This document shows, piece after piece, positions 51,462 through 64,000 of a DNA stretch of 64,000 bases (positions are counted from its first letter, which is position 1; each line of letters starts with the position of its first letter). Position numbers and translations under genes: made by a program. The notes below the pieces were generated by a model. That model made no database searches and was not told the DNA's origin. It worked only from the letters and a program-made list of their open reading frames with translations. The DNA is from Hormiphora californensis (taxonomy: Eukaryota > Animalia > Ctenophora): assembly GCA_020137815.1 (NCBI GenBank), contig CM035357.1:7006001-7070000 (forward strand), written 5' to 3'.

Positions 51462-52769
51462 ATAGAATCGTTACTTTTTTCGGTGGTAATTGGGAGAATA
51501 TGTATAATCCTCGATTGGTCCTCGTGGAAGGATAATATGAACAAGTTTCATTATCATGTTATTTTGCAGCGGCTGGTTTTCCCTATATCACATCACCAGT
51601 TTCCATTGTCCTGCAAATCCTGCAAATCCTGCAACCACACCGAAGTTGTGAAAACTTTTTGTTCGAAACTGATTTGGCACATTAGGTCGTGTAATTATGG
51701 GGGAGATTTATTGTTGCCAAATTCAGATTTGCTACATCGTGCCAAGAAATCGCATACGTAATTGTTCATTCATACAATTTAATTTCCTATAGAGTATAGC
51801 GTCCCCTGTTTGAATTGACGTGTGTGTACATTGAAAATCACTGGTGATAGAATTCCGATGTTGGTTTCTTCATAGTTCATGCCATTCCTGTCTGACGGCG
51901 CCAGACCCCGATTTGATTCTCGAATGGGGCGACTGTGCACTCAGATGGGGTCCACGCCCCACGGTGTCAGACTGCCATTCCGAAATATGTACCAAAATAT
52001 ATTAACATTGAGTAGATAGAAAAATGTCATTAACATATTACCTCGATATTCTACTGCTTGGAGTGGTTGGGACAACAGTCGATATTCTACAACACGAATG
52101 TCAAAAATTTTAGGTTCCCTAATTTGAGGTTCCCATAATTTTGAGTATTCGTAATTAGGTTCCCTTGCTTTCATTGAAACACAAGGGAAGTTTCCACTCT
52201 GTGTCTGCCGATCATGCTCTAACTTCACGCTTTCTAGCAGGCCCTCTGACAGGGAAACAGCTTCAAGACACAGCTTCCTTCCCAACCGCCAAACCACCTC
52301 ACCCACCCACTCTAACAAATGAGGTTTACCAAATTGGACCATATGAGACAATTAGACTTTGAGACCATGCATACCAATTAACCCTTCCATCCAGCTCAAA
52401 TGAAACTTTCGGGGTTACCCGGGTAACCCCGAAAGCCGGCATACCACTTTTGCCATTACGAGTCTCTTGGTCTTTGATTATTCCAGATTCACAAAATTCC
52501 ATTGCCTTATTTGGATATGCAAAAGGAATGGCGATAATAAATCGTGCCTTATCAGTTGTTGTATCATTTAAAAAATATGATGCATTTTAAAATAACGATA
52601 TTGCGTAATAGTATGACGTCACAGAGACTACTTTCTATAGTCTCCGTGACTTTTGCTGTAGCACTTTAAAAGATTATACTCGATTGCAGGGCGTTATATA
52701 ATAACTTGCATTCCTTTACTGTTACTCATAATATTTACGGCATTGATAATAAAAATATTCCAAGACTTT

Positions 52770-53624
52770 ATGCAAAACATGCTATTCATCTTGTTACTGT
52801 GTCTTGCTGGATCAGCAGCAGCTAAGTGTAGTTGGAGTCAACCTGATACCTCTGTGTGGAAGAGGATTCGTAACCCAGTAGTACAGGTTAGATATATTGT
52901 ACCTAACACCAAAACCATCTTAGATGGTTTATCAACCGCCTTCCAACTCCAACCAATAATTTGAAAATTATAAAACTGATTATTTTCTGACTAATCCCTT
53001 GTAATTTCAGCATAGTGAAGTAGTACAGTATTCCACTCTAACACGGGACTGTATAGAGGATTTCCATGTTACTTGCCACGGCATGGAGCTAAGCTCCCAG
53101 CTACGCCTTCTTGCCCAGGACCACCTCACGTTTGTTCTAGAAGTAGAGAGCAGAGACAAGGAGGAAGGAGAGGAAGAGGTTGTGCCAGAGTCTTTGGAGC
53201 GGGATTATACCATGTCTCATAATAGTCGCCGGGTCCAGCGGCCAGCTGACTTGGAAGGTTTAACTCGCTCCTGGTGTCCTCGTTATCGGGATTTTGTTTA
53301 CAAACAAACAGATGAAACTAGTAAGTGAACTTTCATCGGGGAACAAGTGATGCTTTGTGAGCGTGGAATTCCACGGTATCTATCTTTTTTTGAAATGTGA
53401 AATCTACCTCTTACGAAGTTATATCTTGTTTTGCTCGAACCTGTTTCCCAGCACCCCGGATTTTAAACAAAACAAACATCAAACCACTTTCAGGCGAAGC
53501 AGCTCAAATCCAAACGTTTGATAATTATGTCAGGGGAGGCTTTGTAGGGTGTGCCGTTTCTCTCTACAAGAGCGATGAGGGTTATTTACATCTCACTGCT
53601 TGTACCTATTCTATGGTTATCTAA
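52770..53624 (+). CDS. Small secreted protein (~185 aa), possibly a divergent CAP/SCP family member
   Basis: Exons 52770-52886 (signal peptide MLFILLLCLAGSAAA), 53011-53320 and 53494-53624 are in compatible phases; MELSSQLRLLAQDH and VGCAVS...LTACTY resemble CAP motifs. Confidence 0.65.
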
Positions 53625-54064
53625 GCGGTGTACAATATTCGGCGCCCGAAATGGACTGAGGTCTGAGCGGTGTTATACGATACGGTCGTCGAACGATCGT
53701 TACGAGCGTTCTACTTTTAGTAGGGTTGTCAGATACAATATGAGAACTGAAAATGCGGGCTGATACCACATAGGCGCAGTATTTATGAACTATTCTGTTT
53801 TTATTTGTTTGTACCCTCGTATTACTATTTGGATAAAGGAATATAAGTGTAATTCATATATCTAGACAAATCTGAATATTTTATTTCTTTCTAAACTTTT
53901 AGCGATCAGTCTGTTTTACTTTTGTGTACCATGCAAACTTGTTGAGTAAGGGGTGAGAGAGGGTAACCCCCACCCCTTACTCAACAAATGCAAACCACTC
54001 ATCTCAGATGAGTCATGCTATCAGTCGCACGTTATATTGTCATTACAAACAGAGCAGCTAACCA

Positions 54065-57000
54065 TTAGGACATCTCAACATTATCGCTCCGTCCCTCCTC
54101 ACTCTTCTTCTTCCCCCCACAATCCCCCAGACAGTGCTTCTGGAGGGAGGACAGGAAGAGCTGAAGGAACTCTACTATAGTGAACACACTCGCTCCACAG
54201 AATAGTCCCAGGACTCCTCCAATGTCTCCCAACAGGTTGGCGGAGGTATACGTGACCACCTGGAGAGAGATACATAAATCAATACATGCATCAGCTTGTT
54301 GAAATTCAGATAACTCAAAATGTTAGGTTACTTGCCTAATACTCGACACCCGGATTTGAACAAAGTAGTAACTACTGTAACTTAGGTTCTAGGTTAACTA
54401 GGTATACTAACTCATGTAAAAAGTATGATGTGTTTATCGAATCTACGTTCGGTGAAGGTTCGGTAGATCAAGTACCTGTTTAATTTCTGAGGTGACCATG
54501 CTACTGAACAGTATCTCCAGGACAACCACGTTCTGCAGAATATCCTCAGAGGTGCTGTATTTTATATTTAGTTTCTCGTTGGATAATGTTCCCAAGAATC
54601 CTGGAAAGGGGGGATTGACTGAGGTCTCCCCAAATAGGAATCATTGTCTCCGGTCTGTGTATATTGAGGTTTCTGTTTCTTTCAATATCTAATCTTCCCA
54701 AAAAAGTAACAGTAAAGAAAGTTTGTAGAAATATAATATGATCATTTGAAAGGAAATTATATCTACAGATAAACTGCAGTATACCTTGGATGTTTTTATC
54801 GCTTAGTAGTTTCTGTGTATAAACAGGAGACAGTGCCGAGCTGGAGAGTTGTGCCGTGTAGCTGAAAGGGGTTGTTAATATCACAATCAACTTATTATAC
54901 CCACCACATTCTCTCGATACCTGCACCACTAAACTCACTGGTTGCTATGGCAACAAAAACTCACTGTGATTCCTCGCATGGACTACTACAGGGGCAAATG
55001 TTGAAGTCAAGAGTTGGGTCAGTATAAAGGTTGCTAAAATTCAGGTAGGCTTCAAGGCCACAGTTTGCCCATTGTTTAACTGTACACGGCTGGTAACTCT
55101 CTGTGTTGATAGGTGGTGTCATGTGCACACAGCCACACCGCTCAAACAACCACCTGAGTCAGGATTGAATAGTTAGTACAGCCAGCATGTGATATGGAAG
55201 AAATGTTATTTCTTCTTTAAATCTAAACAGGCAGCTCATGCAGTGATAAGAGAGAATCTAAAGAATCATATAAAGTCGGACCACGATTTACCGAAACCCT
55301 GATTTACCGGGAGGATAATATAATTCTTCCCCCGAGCATCCCGGTAAATCGAGACTGTCCGACTGTAGATCAGCATTACTTGTTGAGTAACACGTGGTAA
55401 CCATGGTAACGCATTACCTGTCCTTGCATTCCTGGATACAGCTTCCCTCTGAGTAAGCGCCGTATGTCGTGTTAATGAGTGATGCGTTACAACTACCACC
55501 CGGAGGGGGCTCCCGTACCTCAGTTTTCAGGGCCAGATCAACCTGGCAATGCAGACCGTGAAGTAAAAAGAAATAAACGATTTTTAAGAGTTTCGCCTCT
55601 TATAGCGGACTACTCCAGGTATTATAGGCACGTGTGAAACGTTTATTCTTATCGTTTATTCCTAACCTAAATCTAAATTCACCTCTCGAATAACAGTCTA
55701 ACTTGGCGTCTTGGCACCTCTCGATCACAGCTTACCTTGTATATCGATCCTGGACTGATATAGTACCCACTGTTTAGCGTGACTCCATAGTACTTACTAT
55801 CGTGAAATGCCACTGTATATCCATACTGGGGCAGATCAGACGACCTGGGTAGTTTTGTGGGTGTCGTTAGAGCTAGTGGTTCACATGTTCCCAGTCTTTC
55901 GGCTCTGACACCGGGACGAATTAGGCCCAGTTATTGTGAGCTTACACGCACGTAAGCTCGAATGACAGACTTCATAGCATGGCAAGGGAGTGGTTTGTGC
56001 TGATAGAGTTTTGTTGTAACGTGGTTGAATTTAGGAATCGAAACACCGAAAAAAGTAACAATGTGGTGTAATAGGACAAGACGTGTTAAATACCTTTTAG
56101 AATAGTCCTTCAGATCAGCAAACAGCATGAGCTGCATCTTTCCCCAATCTCCACTTTTACCTATTATTAATCCATCTGGATTGATTCTCCAACAATAACC
56201 TAGTTTCGAAAATCTAGTTATTATTGATTTAATACCCTATTGAGCAGTTCTATGATCTCGTGGCATTGGTTTTATAGCCCACTATTATAGTGGCCCACTG
56301 GTATCACCTGAAGGCGTTGCTTCTCGTTTAAAGTAGGGTGCACCGTGTAGAAGTTTTAATTTGGCGCAGTTCTTGTTGCGTTGGGTACACATTAGTAACC
56401 TACTGTTTGCAGGACCGCCCCTCTCAATAATGTCCTGAAGAGAGAGTAAAATATAGCCAGTCCACATTAATTAATATATCCTCTAATTTAGAAAACTAAT
56501 TGTGGTTGCAGCAAGAAAGTTGCATTTGCTCTGAAATCTGAATGCTGAGAACAGGTTTGGTTTGGTTTGGTATGGAATAGTTTGGCCTACGCTGCAGTCC
56601 CCTATAATTGTATCAGGCTAGGAACCTACGGTGGCCTTCAAAAATGTGCAAACTACTAGGGGGTTTCCCGGTTTCGGGGGCCTGCAGCATTGGGGGTAGT
56701 AGGGCATGCCAAGAGGGATGCAAGACGCAAGTACCTCAAGTGTCATATTTTGAATCTTGTACATTTCATCATTTTCCCAGTTGATAGATCTAGACTTGGT
56801 TACATTGTATGTGTCCAGTGTCTCCCACAGGTGGCGAACTGCACTGTTTCCATCTTGCTGCAGGTAGCTATAAAGTAGGTACATCAGGAAATTAGGAAAG
56901 TTCCATCTAGGAGGTGGGGTATAGTTCTATCTGTCTCCCTACCTCCCATCCCGTCGCACGGGAGGTAAGGAGAAAGTACGAACAGTCCATTAGTCCAAAG

Positions 57001-57656
57001 TATACAATTCTAATGGTGTGCTGATGTCACGTACCTCTTTTTGACTTTGTTGTGAGAACAGATACTGACAGTGGGGAATTTAATTGACTGAGGTTTAGCT
57101 CCATCTGGATCCACTGCATCCACAATAACCTCGTATTTAGTACCTGATAATCACCATGGTTACTAGATGCAGTGATCATCACCATGGTTACAAGATGAAG
57201 TGATACCATGGTAACCATGGATACCAATCAGAATAAAAAAGAAGCACTATCTTCAAAACTATTAAAATCACAATACTGATAACTCTTACCGGTGGGTTTG
57301 TTGATAAATGTAACTATGGAGGTTATTATCATGTACACCGTATAAATGACACACGCTATCCATGCCAGCAAGTAGAAAAACCTGATGATTAGTTGGGAAA
57401 TTGATAAATATTATTGAATTTTGAATCCCCACTTTCAGCTGTCCAAGGATGAGGTTTGATAATTGGATCTTTTGAATTCTCAAAAGAGATTTCTTAACCT
57501 GATTGCTTTGTTACTCCCACAAAAGATTTGGCTGACACCGTGAGCTGTGGTGGACTCAGCAAACAATTTCAAGTCCTTCACCCATGACGTTGATCTGTTT
57601 GATGAAGGAGCAGGGGATGATTCCCGCTGTTTATCGACCGCCTGGTATTCGGTCAT
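54065..57656 (-). CDS. DEG/ENaC (ASIC-like) sodium channel subunit, about 12 exons
   Basis: N-terminal TTAHG (HG motif), FPTVSICSHN (~57050-57080), Cys-rich thumb CGC...PC...C...CPCSSPC (54965-55150), TM2 LLGDIGGVLGLFCGASVFTIVEF with the GAS filter. Confidence 0.93.
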
Positions 57657-58068
57657 CAGTCCCTGCAGTTCAAAATCTACAGTTCCGGACAACAAACAAA
57701 GAGCCAAACCACAATGATAACACTCCAACAGAGAGAGCAATGTGATGGTGGGGGAGTGAGTTATCGAGGTACTGTTAGTAACTGAGTTTAGTGGTGATCA
57801 GATGGGGAGGAATTCTTTCCGGTTCATTTAATACAACGATTAGAGAGGGAGAGAGATAGAAAAAGAGAGCGATAGAGATAGATAGCCTATCAAGGACAGC
57901 ACACAACTATTTAGAGTAGGGGTGCACCAGTCTCTCTCTCACGTTTTCCAATCATTGCACCAATCATATTGATCATCAGCTAATCAGTATGTATTCAGAA
58001 CATGACACGAATAATATGATTGAATATCCATAAATAGTGTCGCCCCTGGGTATTATAAACCACTGCTA

Positions 58069-58340
58069 TAGTCGAATTTTTTAATCAAGGGACAGGGGGC
58101 CGCGCATTCAGAGAGGTCACGCGGCTTTGTATTTGTGCGTGATAATCGAGATCAAGTTCCTGGAAATCTTAAGACTTGAACCCGGAAGCGTTGGAAAGAT
58201 AATTTTAAGACCTTTTCAACGCAACAAAGACCAAGTCTTTATCTTATCAGGAACAGGAGATATGAGCGAAAACGTTTAGCACGCGCAAAAAGACTTTTGT
58301 AAATGCGCGGCCCCTGTCCCTTGATTAAAAAATTCGACTA
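58069..58340. mobile_element. MITE with ~40-bp TIRs and TA flanks
   Basis: tagtcgaattttttaatcaagggacaggggg.. / ..cccctgtcccttgattaaaaaattcgacta. Confidence 0.85.
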
Positions 58341-58597
58341 TAACAAGTTAATCAGCTGTCACTTAGCCCTAGTATCAACAGCTCCAGTGCAGTATCGGAA
58401 ATTTTACCACGAAATTAAAAATAAATTCCCTGTGTGGAAAAGTAATTCCCTCGAACAAACACACACACACACACACATGCAACCACATGGTAGAGTGGCG
58501 CTAATTTGCAAATTTCAAGTGGTGCTTTTCTAGTTGTTGTACAGGATGTTCCACTGAATTTAAGTAACAGTTACATTCCGCATCTGCTTTAAAGGAC

Positions 58598-59616
58598 ATG
58601 TTGAGGAGATCAGTGCTACAACCAGAGAGGCCGGATTGTGGGATTGTCGGGGGATCCACGGGAAACCGACCAAGCCTGGCGACTACCTATTCTCAACTTT
58701 CCAAACACACAGGTTAGTTGTCTCAGTTGAAGTCTTCAGATCTTAAATAAGTAAAACAGTTTTGGTCCGTTCATTGTCGACACAAGCTCAAGCAGCTGAC
58801 ATGACTGTTAAGAGTTCTGCGGATTTACTTCTTATTTGGTTAGGGGTGAGCTGAACTTTACCTTTCACCACTACAACTACAGGGGATATAATAGACTTTG
58901 CTATAATACTTGTCACTTCATTGTTCCTTACTTGTTCCTTACTTGTCTTCGCTCTCGAAACATCCCACCTTTACTCGATCCTCGAAACATCCCACCTCTA
59001 CTCTTTACTCTCTCGAAACATCTCGGATTTACCCTTTACTCTCTGGAAACATCCCACCTTTACTCTTTACTCTCTGGAAACATCCCACATTTACTCTTTA
59101 ATCTATTGATAATTGAAACATCCCACATTTATATTTACTTTGTAATCTCTTGAAATATCCCATCTTTACTCTTTAATCTCTCGAAACATCCCACTTTTAC
59201 GTTCAGGAATATACCGGCTTTAGGTTTAGAAAGACACTTCTCAATTCGTCTCGTGACCACTCTGAAAAAGTATGAACCCGCATTCTGGTAAAGCAGTATT
59301 AATAAATGGGTGATGCATACCTAACAATAAATTTGTTGAATTTGTTACATGACTCGATTGCTTGTCAACTCCCATGCAGCTCATCTCACCATGGGTACCA
59401 GCCCCAATAGCAGTATATAACTAGCATATTGTTAGCTTGCTCAGACTCTTACGGTCTATATTGTATAAACCCGGCCTGAGCAGTCAAGTGTCAATATGCT
59501 ACGAACGTGGCGTCCCCAGAAATCGACAGGACTGTTTTCAAATCTGTTGGATGCCCTCTCAACACAACAAGTTCAGAATCTCCAACACCATCTCCAGGGT
59601 ACCAGCAGTCAAGAAG
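58598..59616 (+). other. Probable exons of an unidentified gene or pseudogene
   Basis: Splice-site-bounded open segments at ~58600-58712, 59207-59287 and 59446-59616. I could not join them into one clean frame or recognise a family. Confidence 0.3.
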
Positions 59617-59719
59617 GTACGTGTTTTATTCTCTTCTGAAGAAGGTACGTGTTTTATTCTCTTCTGAAGAAGGTACGTGTTTTATTCTCTTCTGAAGAAG
59701 GTACGTGTACTCTTCTGAA
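59611..59719 (+). repeat. 28-bp tandem repeat (about 4 copies) spanning a donor-like site (gaag|gtacgt)
   Basis: Unit gaagaaggtacgtgttttattctcttct. Confidence 0.9.
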
Positions 59720-62053
59720 ATTCATTTTGTATTGTATGTACTGTTATTCATCTTGTGGGGGGTAATTAGGGAGAAAGACTCGACATTATTCCATAAATCA
59801 GTGGCTTCCCGATTGGGAGCAACATCTGTCTGTGTACAATATCGTGTCAAGGTTAGAGCTTAAGTATCATATATCTATCTTATCTTATCTAATATCAGTA
59901 TTCAGAAGACAACAACTGTCAACTGACAAGTATATAAGAACATCGAATATACCGACACTGTCAGTAATCTTATTATTTTCGACATTGAGCCGTCGACAGT
60001 CATACAGGTCCCGTGGACAAGGGTGTGAGAGGGTACTGGAGGCATAGTTCATCTTCACGTTTTAAAAAGTGAAACGGAACAACTATTTTCTGAATTCAAC
60101 TTATTGATTTCTGAGGCTTGTTGGTATCTTGGCAAACGTTGCTGGCCCCCGATATTCTGCCCCACGCAGCGCTTTTCAAGTTGGTATCCACTGAAGAGAT
60201 CGTTGTGATCGAAACATTTGTTTGGAACCAACTTATTTCACTTTGTTGCTTCTTGATATCTGAAGAATTATAGATGCTGTACCTTAAATGCGTGACGTTG
60301 TAATTGAGAACTGCCAACTGGACTAGACGGTGATGACAGCTCTTTGTTTTCTTCTTCTCTCTGTTTGTGCGTCGACTATCTTTTTTTCTCTGTTTCTTCA
60401 CCTCTGTGGCCAGCCTAGTATACGTGCACTTCCGACATGTTTCAACTTCGCATTCCGTAGACCTGCGAGTTATACCGAATTCTGTTAAGTTCTCCTTCCA
60501 AGTATTTCAAGATTTCTTGAGCGTTTCTGTGTTCAAACTCATAAATACGTAGTCGTAGTAGACCGCAGATTGTGAGAGAGAAAAATAAAAGAAGGTAGAG
60601 AGGAAGAAATATAAATGAGAGAGAGAGAGGGAGAGAAAGATAGAGAGAGGAAGGGAGATAGAGAGAGAGAAATGAAATAATCCCCTTCCACCCAACACAT
60701 GTGTGCTTACGTGTGTACGCTCTAGTTTATTGCATTAGGAGTTGTTGTGCGGGGAGAAGGGAACTATACGTACTGCAGCAGGCGCTCATATTATATCGTG
60801 CATGTCGTGCAGTGTGAATCCCTTCCTCCGAAGAACCAGTACCCCTACTGCAACCACACTTATACCCAACTACCACCAAGCCACAATGGTGGACGGTGGT
60901 GACAGTGGTTTTCAGATTAGGAACAATGTTGTATAATGTTCTTGTTTATTGGAGCTCTCATTCACTGTCTTCAACTGTTGTTATTTGATTGTTGTCAACG
61001 GGGGTAAAACAGAAAACTGAAGTGAACTCAAGCACGTTATACAAGAATGAATGAGAGAGAGACTCACTATCTCATGTTAGAAAATGTCAACGCTTTCAGC
61101 TTTCATCCAGCTCATTTTGTCGTCGATTTGAGCTGCCCGCAGCACAGTTTAATATGTTCTCTCTCTCCCTTACTTCGGGCATTTTGATTGTTTTTGTTCT
61201 GTGCTATATCGGCATACAATGGACTTTTCTGAACATGAGACCTCTGAGTCTGAACACCTCTCAGCAACAGCAGCTGCTGTCGTCTCCTGTTAAAATGAGT
61301 GCTACTACCTGCTTACTATATGCCATATACTGAGTTTTCTTTGCATTATACGACTGACTTGCTGCTTTCGAAGACAGCATTTTTCTATCGTCTTTCATTA
61401 CATGTTGTTCGGTATACCTTTACCCATTAAACTCCATTATACATTCATTGATAAAGGTACCTTGTGTAGGCTCAGTGGTTTGTAGAGTATGCAAGTGGGT
61501 CGGAGGCCCGCGGTACAGGACAAAGTCGGTCTCTTCAACAATGGAGATAGTGGCCCAGGTAGGTCTAGATCTGGGAGCTGGGAGTGTGTCAGTTTCATGA
61601 AACCAAACAGTCTTTTAAACCTCTTTTTGAGGAGTCATAAAAACAGTGATACATAGAACTTGAATCTTGATCTTTAACAATCATATAAATCTTGTGAGAC
61701 CAGATGAGTGGATGACAACATGTCACAACAGGAGCTTTTACTCGTTGAGTGTACTGCACATTGTACAATGTTTTTGAGTACATCAACCAGTACAGTGTAC
61801 ATTACAATGTGTTGTGTCATGTGAGTGTAGGTAGGTGTTTCTATAGGGCTTCATATTCTCGGCAGGTAGAAATAACTGAATAATGTAAATTCCTTGTACA
61901 AGTTTGTAGAAGTACGCATAGGAATACCTATTCTTTTTGTTCTTTATTGTTCCATTCAGTTTTTCTAGTCTTTTCTCTCAAAAATAGTCAAAGCTATGTT
62001 CTGATGGGGATATAGGCGTATTTTCAGATGTGTGTAACCGAATTGGGAAGGAT

Positions 62054-63775
62054 ATGAACCCCGAGAAAATTGGAGGAGAAGCGATTCGAGCTCACCCCTC
62101 CTTCATCGAATACCTCAGTGGAAATTACTACGATCGAGTGATGAAAGTTCTTGTGAGAGATGGTAATTGTTTTTCTAGAAACAGCTATCCTTAGATTCTT
62201 AGAAAGTACCTACCTAAAGCGGCTATTGCAACGTACTCACTACTCAAAGCTACTTTAAACAGTCTAACTCATTCTCTAACATTTCACCACCACTACAGGA
62301 TACTTTTGGCTGGCCTACTGTCTCGGACAAGAGAAGGACTGGGAGGAGGATTATGACAACATGGTATGAACAGAGTACACTAGATATCATACAAGTTCAT
62401 ATTTGCAGTGTTCGCTCACCATTTATTCAGTTTTGGTCCAAAGAACCATTACTATATCATGCTTGGGTATCAAATATGTGACACTGAATGGTTTCCTACA
62501 CATGTACATGTGTTCAGGTGCTGGAGCTTCTAGATGAGGATGAAAGTTGCTTCCTTATCTACCGACTAGATGAACCAAGAGGCAGCCATTTTGAACATGT
62601 TCTCATCACCTGGCAACCCGATGAATCAACAGTGAGTCTGAGCTGTTTGTTCATCTGTCTGTTTTTTTTGGGTGTGAAATAGAGTCATATTTTTGGTTCG
62701 ATAGTTAGATCACTATAAAATATGGGAAATTTAGATAATCTTCACGTGCCTACAGTTAGTGATTTGAAAATGGTTTAATCCATTTCATATGTCTGTTTGT
62801 TGGGTGTGAAATAGTCATATTTTTGGTTCGATAGTTAGATCACTATAAAATATGGGAAATTTAGATAATCTTCACGTGCCTACAGTTAGTGATTTGAAAA
62901 TGGTTTAATCCATGAAAGTATGTCACAAAAACGGCATTACACATTGCCTTCCTTTACATTTTCAACCCCGCACGTTATTAAAACATGACCTGAAGTAGCT
63001 GACATATATATTATTAACTCCGACGACGCCAGAGAGAGAGAGAGTGAGATAGAGAGAGAGAGAGTGAGAGAGAGAGAGAGAGAGAGGGGGGGGGGAGATA
63101 GAGAGAGAGAGAGAGAGCTCTGTTATACCGCTTCCTGTTTGGATAAAATTATCCAAGACATTTATACATTTAGCTTAAAACCTCAGAAAATCTTTATTTA
63201 GGGCACTGTGTTTCAGGTGCAAGATAGAGCAGCCTATACAATGTCCAAACCCCACCTTTTGGAACTGTTTGACGACGGTATCTTCACCTACAACCTAACT
63301 GGACAGAACTACGTAAGAGGAAACTTGTAGTAATTACTTGTTGAGTTCAACAAGTAATTACAGCTTCGAAGAGTTCATCATGAGATATGAGCAGGATTGA
63401 TTGAAGCCAAAACTAACTACTACTGCAGCTTCATGTAACTTTTTCTGCGTTTTAACCTGTTTTAAACCCAGAGCGACGTAGATTTCAACGCCCTGAAGTA
63501 CATAATGATGGGAGAGGGAGAGATCGAGCCGCTGAGTCGGTACGAGGAATTGAAGAAGGAAGCTCTTGCCGAGGAGGTTGGTAATCTTTTAAATCACTTG
63601 ATTTTGATATTTACCCAGCCCCTTCCACAACTCATTTTCCTGACTCAACTGTTCACAGGAGATTGAGAGGAATAGGGCACTGAAAAAGATCCCGGATATG
63701 GACATGCATATTGAAGACGATGCCGTGAAAGAAATCAACAAATTCGTGAAGGGATTCATCAACTTTATTCAATTT
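62054..63775 (+). CDS. Twinfilin-like ADF-H actin-binding protein (divergent), continues past the window
   Basis: Exons 62054-62162, 62299-62363 (DWEEDYDNM), 62518-62631 (VLELLDEDESCFLIYRLD...ITWQPD), 63217-63312, 63473-63576 (EPLSRYEEL), 63658-63775 (FINFIQF); colinear with twinfilin WDKDYD..VLPLL...CYILFRLD...W.PD...PLT..EE...NYVQL. Confidence 0.82.
62670..62913. repeat. ~130-bp direct tandem duplication in a twinfilin intron
   Basis: gggtgtgaaata...ggtttaatccat occurs twice. Confidence 0.9.
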
Positions 63776-64000
63776 GTGAGTTTTCTGTGAAATTTCCTCT
63801 CTATCTCTTGGATACCACTTGAAGTCAAGCAGCTCAGTTTGACAGTGTGTGTGTGTTGTTCTTCTGTCAAATTCTGTGGAAGTTCCAACTACCACGGAAT
63901 ATGACTTCTTCGAGGTGCACACTTGTCCTGAAGCAGTTTCCAAATCAAATCATTCCTTCGCCGATATTTCGATATATGTTACCGTCGACGGGGGTTATTT

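Noticed and set aside
60096-60540. Transposase or host gene from the basic minus-strand ORF
   Set aside because: Interrupted by a stop and lacking any recognisable motif.

Overview
AT-rich, intron-rich animal genomic DNA, not prokaryotic. A near-exact copy of the ctenophore spliced-leader (SL) sequence at 12672-12708 (matched from my recollection of the published SL) points to a comb jelly. Genes reconstructed by hand from GT-AG exons: the 3' half of an ABCB1/P-glycoprotein-type transporter (+); a divergent SID-1-family membrane protein (+); two tandem copies of a small secreted sushi/CCP-like gene (+); the 5' part of a signal-peptide-bearing inositol 5-phosphatase-like gene (-); a class A GPCR (+); an ankyrin-repeat TRP channel (-); an IRS/DOK-type PTB adaptor (+); a small secreted CAP-like protein (+); a DEG/ENaC channel (-); and a twinfilin-like gene (+) running off the end. 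Introns and spacers hold nested MITEs/foldbacks, Helitron-like elements, (GA)n microsatellites and a ~6.2-kb R4-clade retrotransposon. Several single-base frameshifts in otherwise intact genes suggest assembly indel errors. Top leads: (1) a short repeat with the SL fused directly to a minimal hammerhead-ribozyme motif, present as an inverted pair; (2) a SID-1 homologue lacking all CREST Zn/catalytic residues but carrying a metallothionein-like tail; (3) a 99-bp T-shaped palindromic element inserted in frame in a coding exon; (4) an ABCB exon duplicated as an apparent ~207-bp target-site duplication; (5) an HDV-like ribozyme fold at the retrotransposon 5' end; (6) tandem repeats that recurrently straddle splice sites or a stop codon. 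No searches or folding programs were run; exon coordinates are manual.
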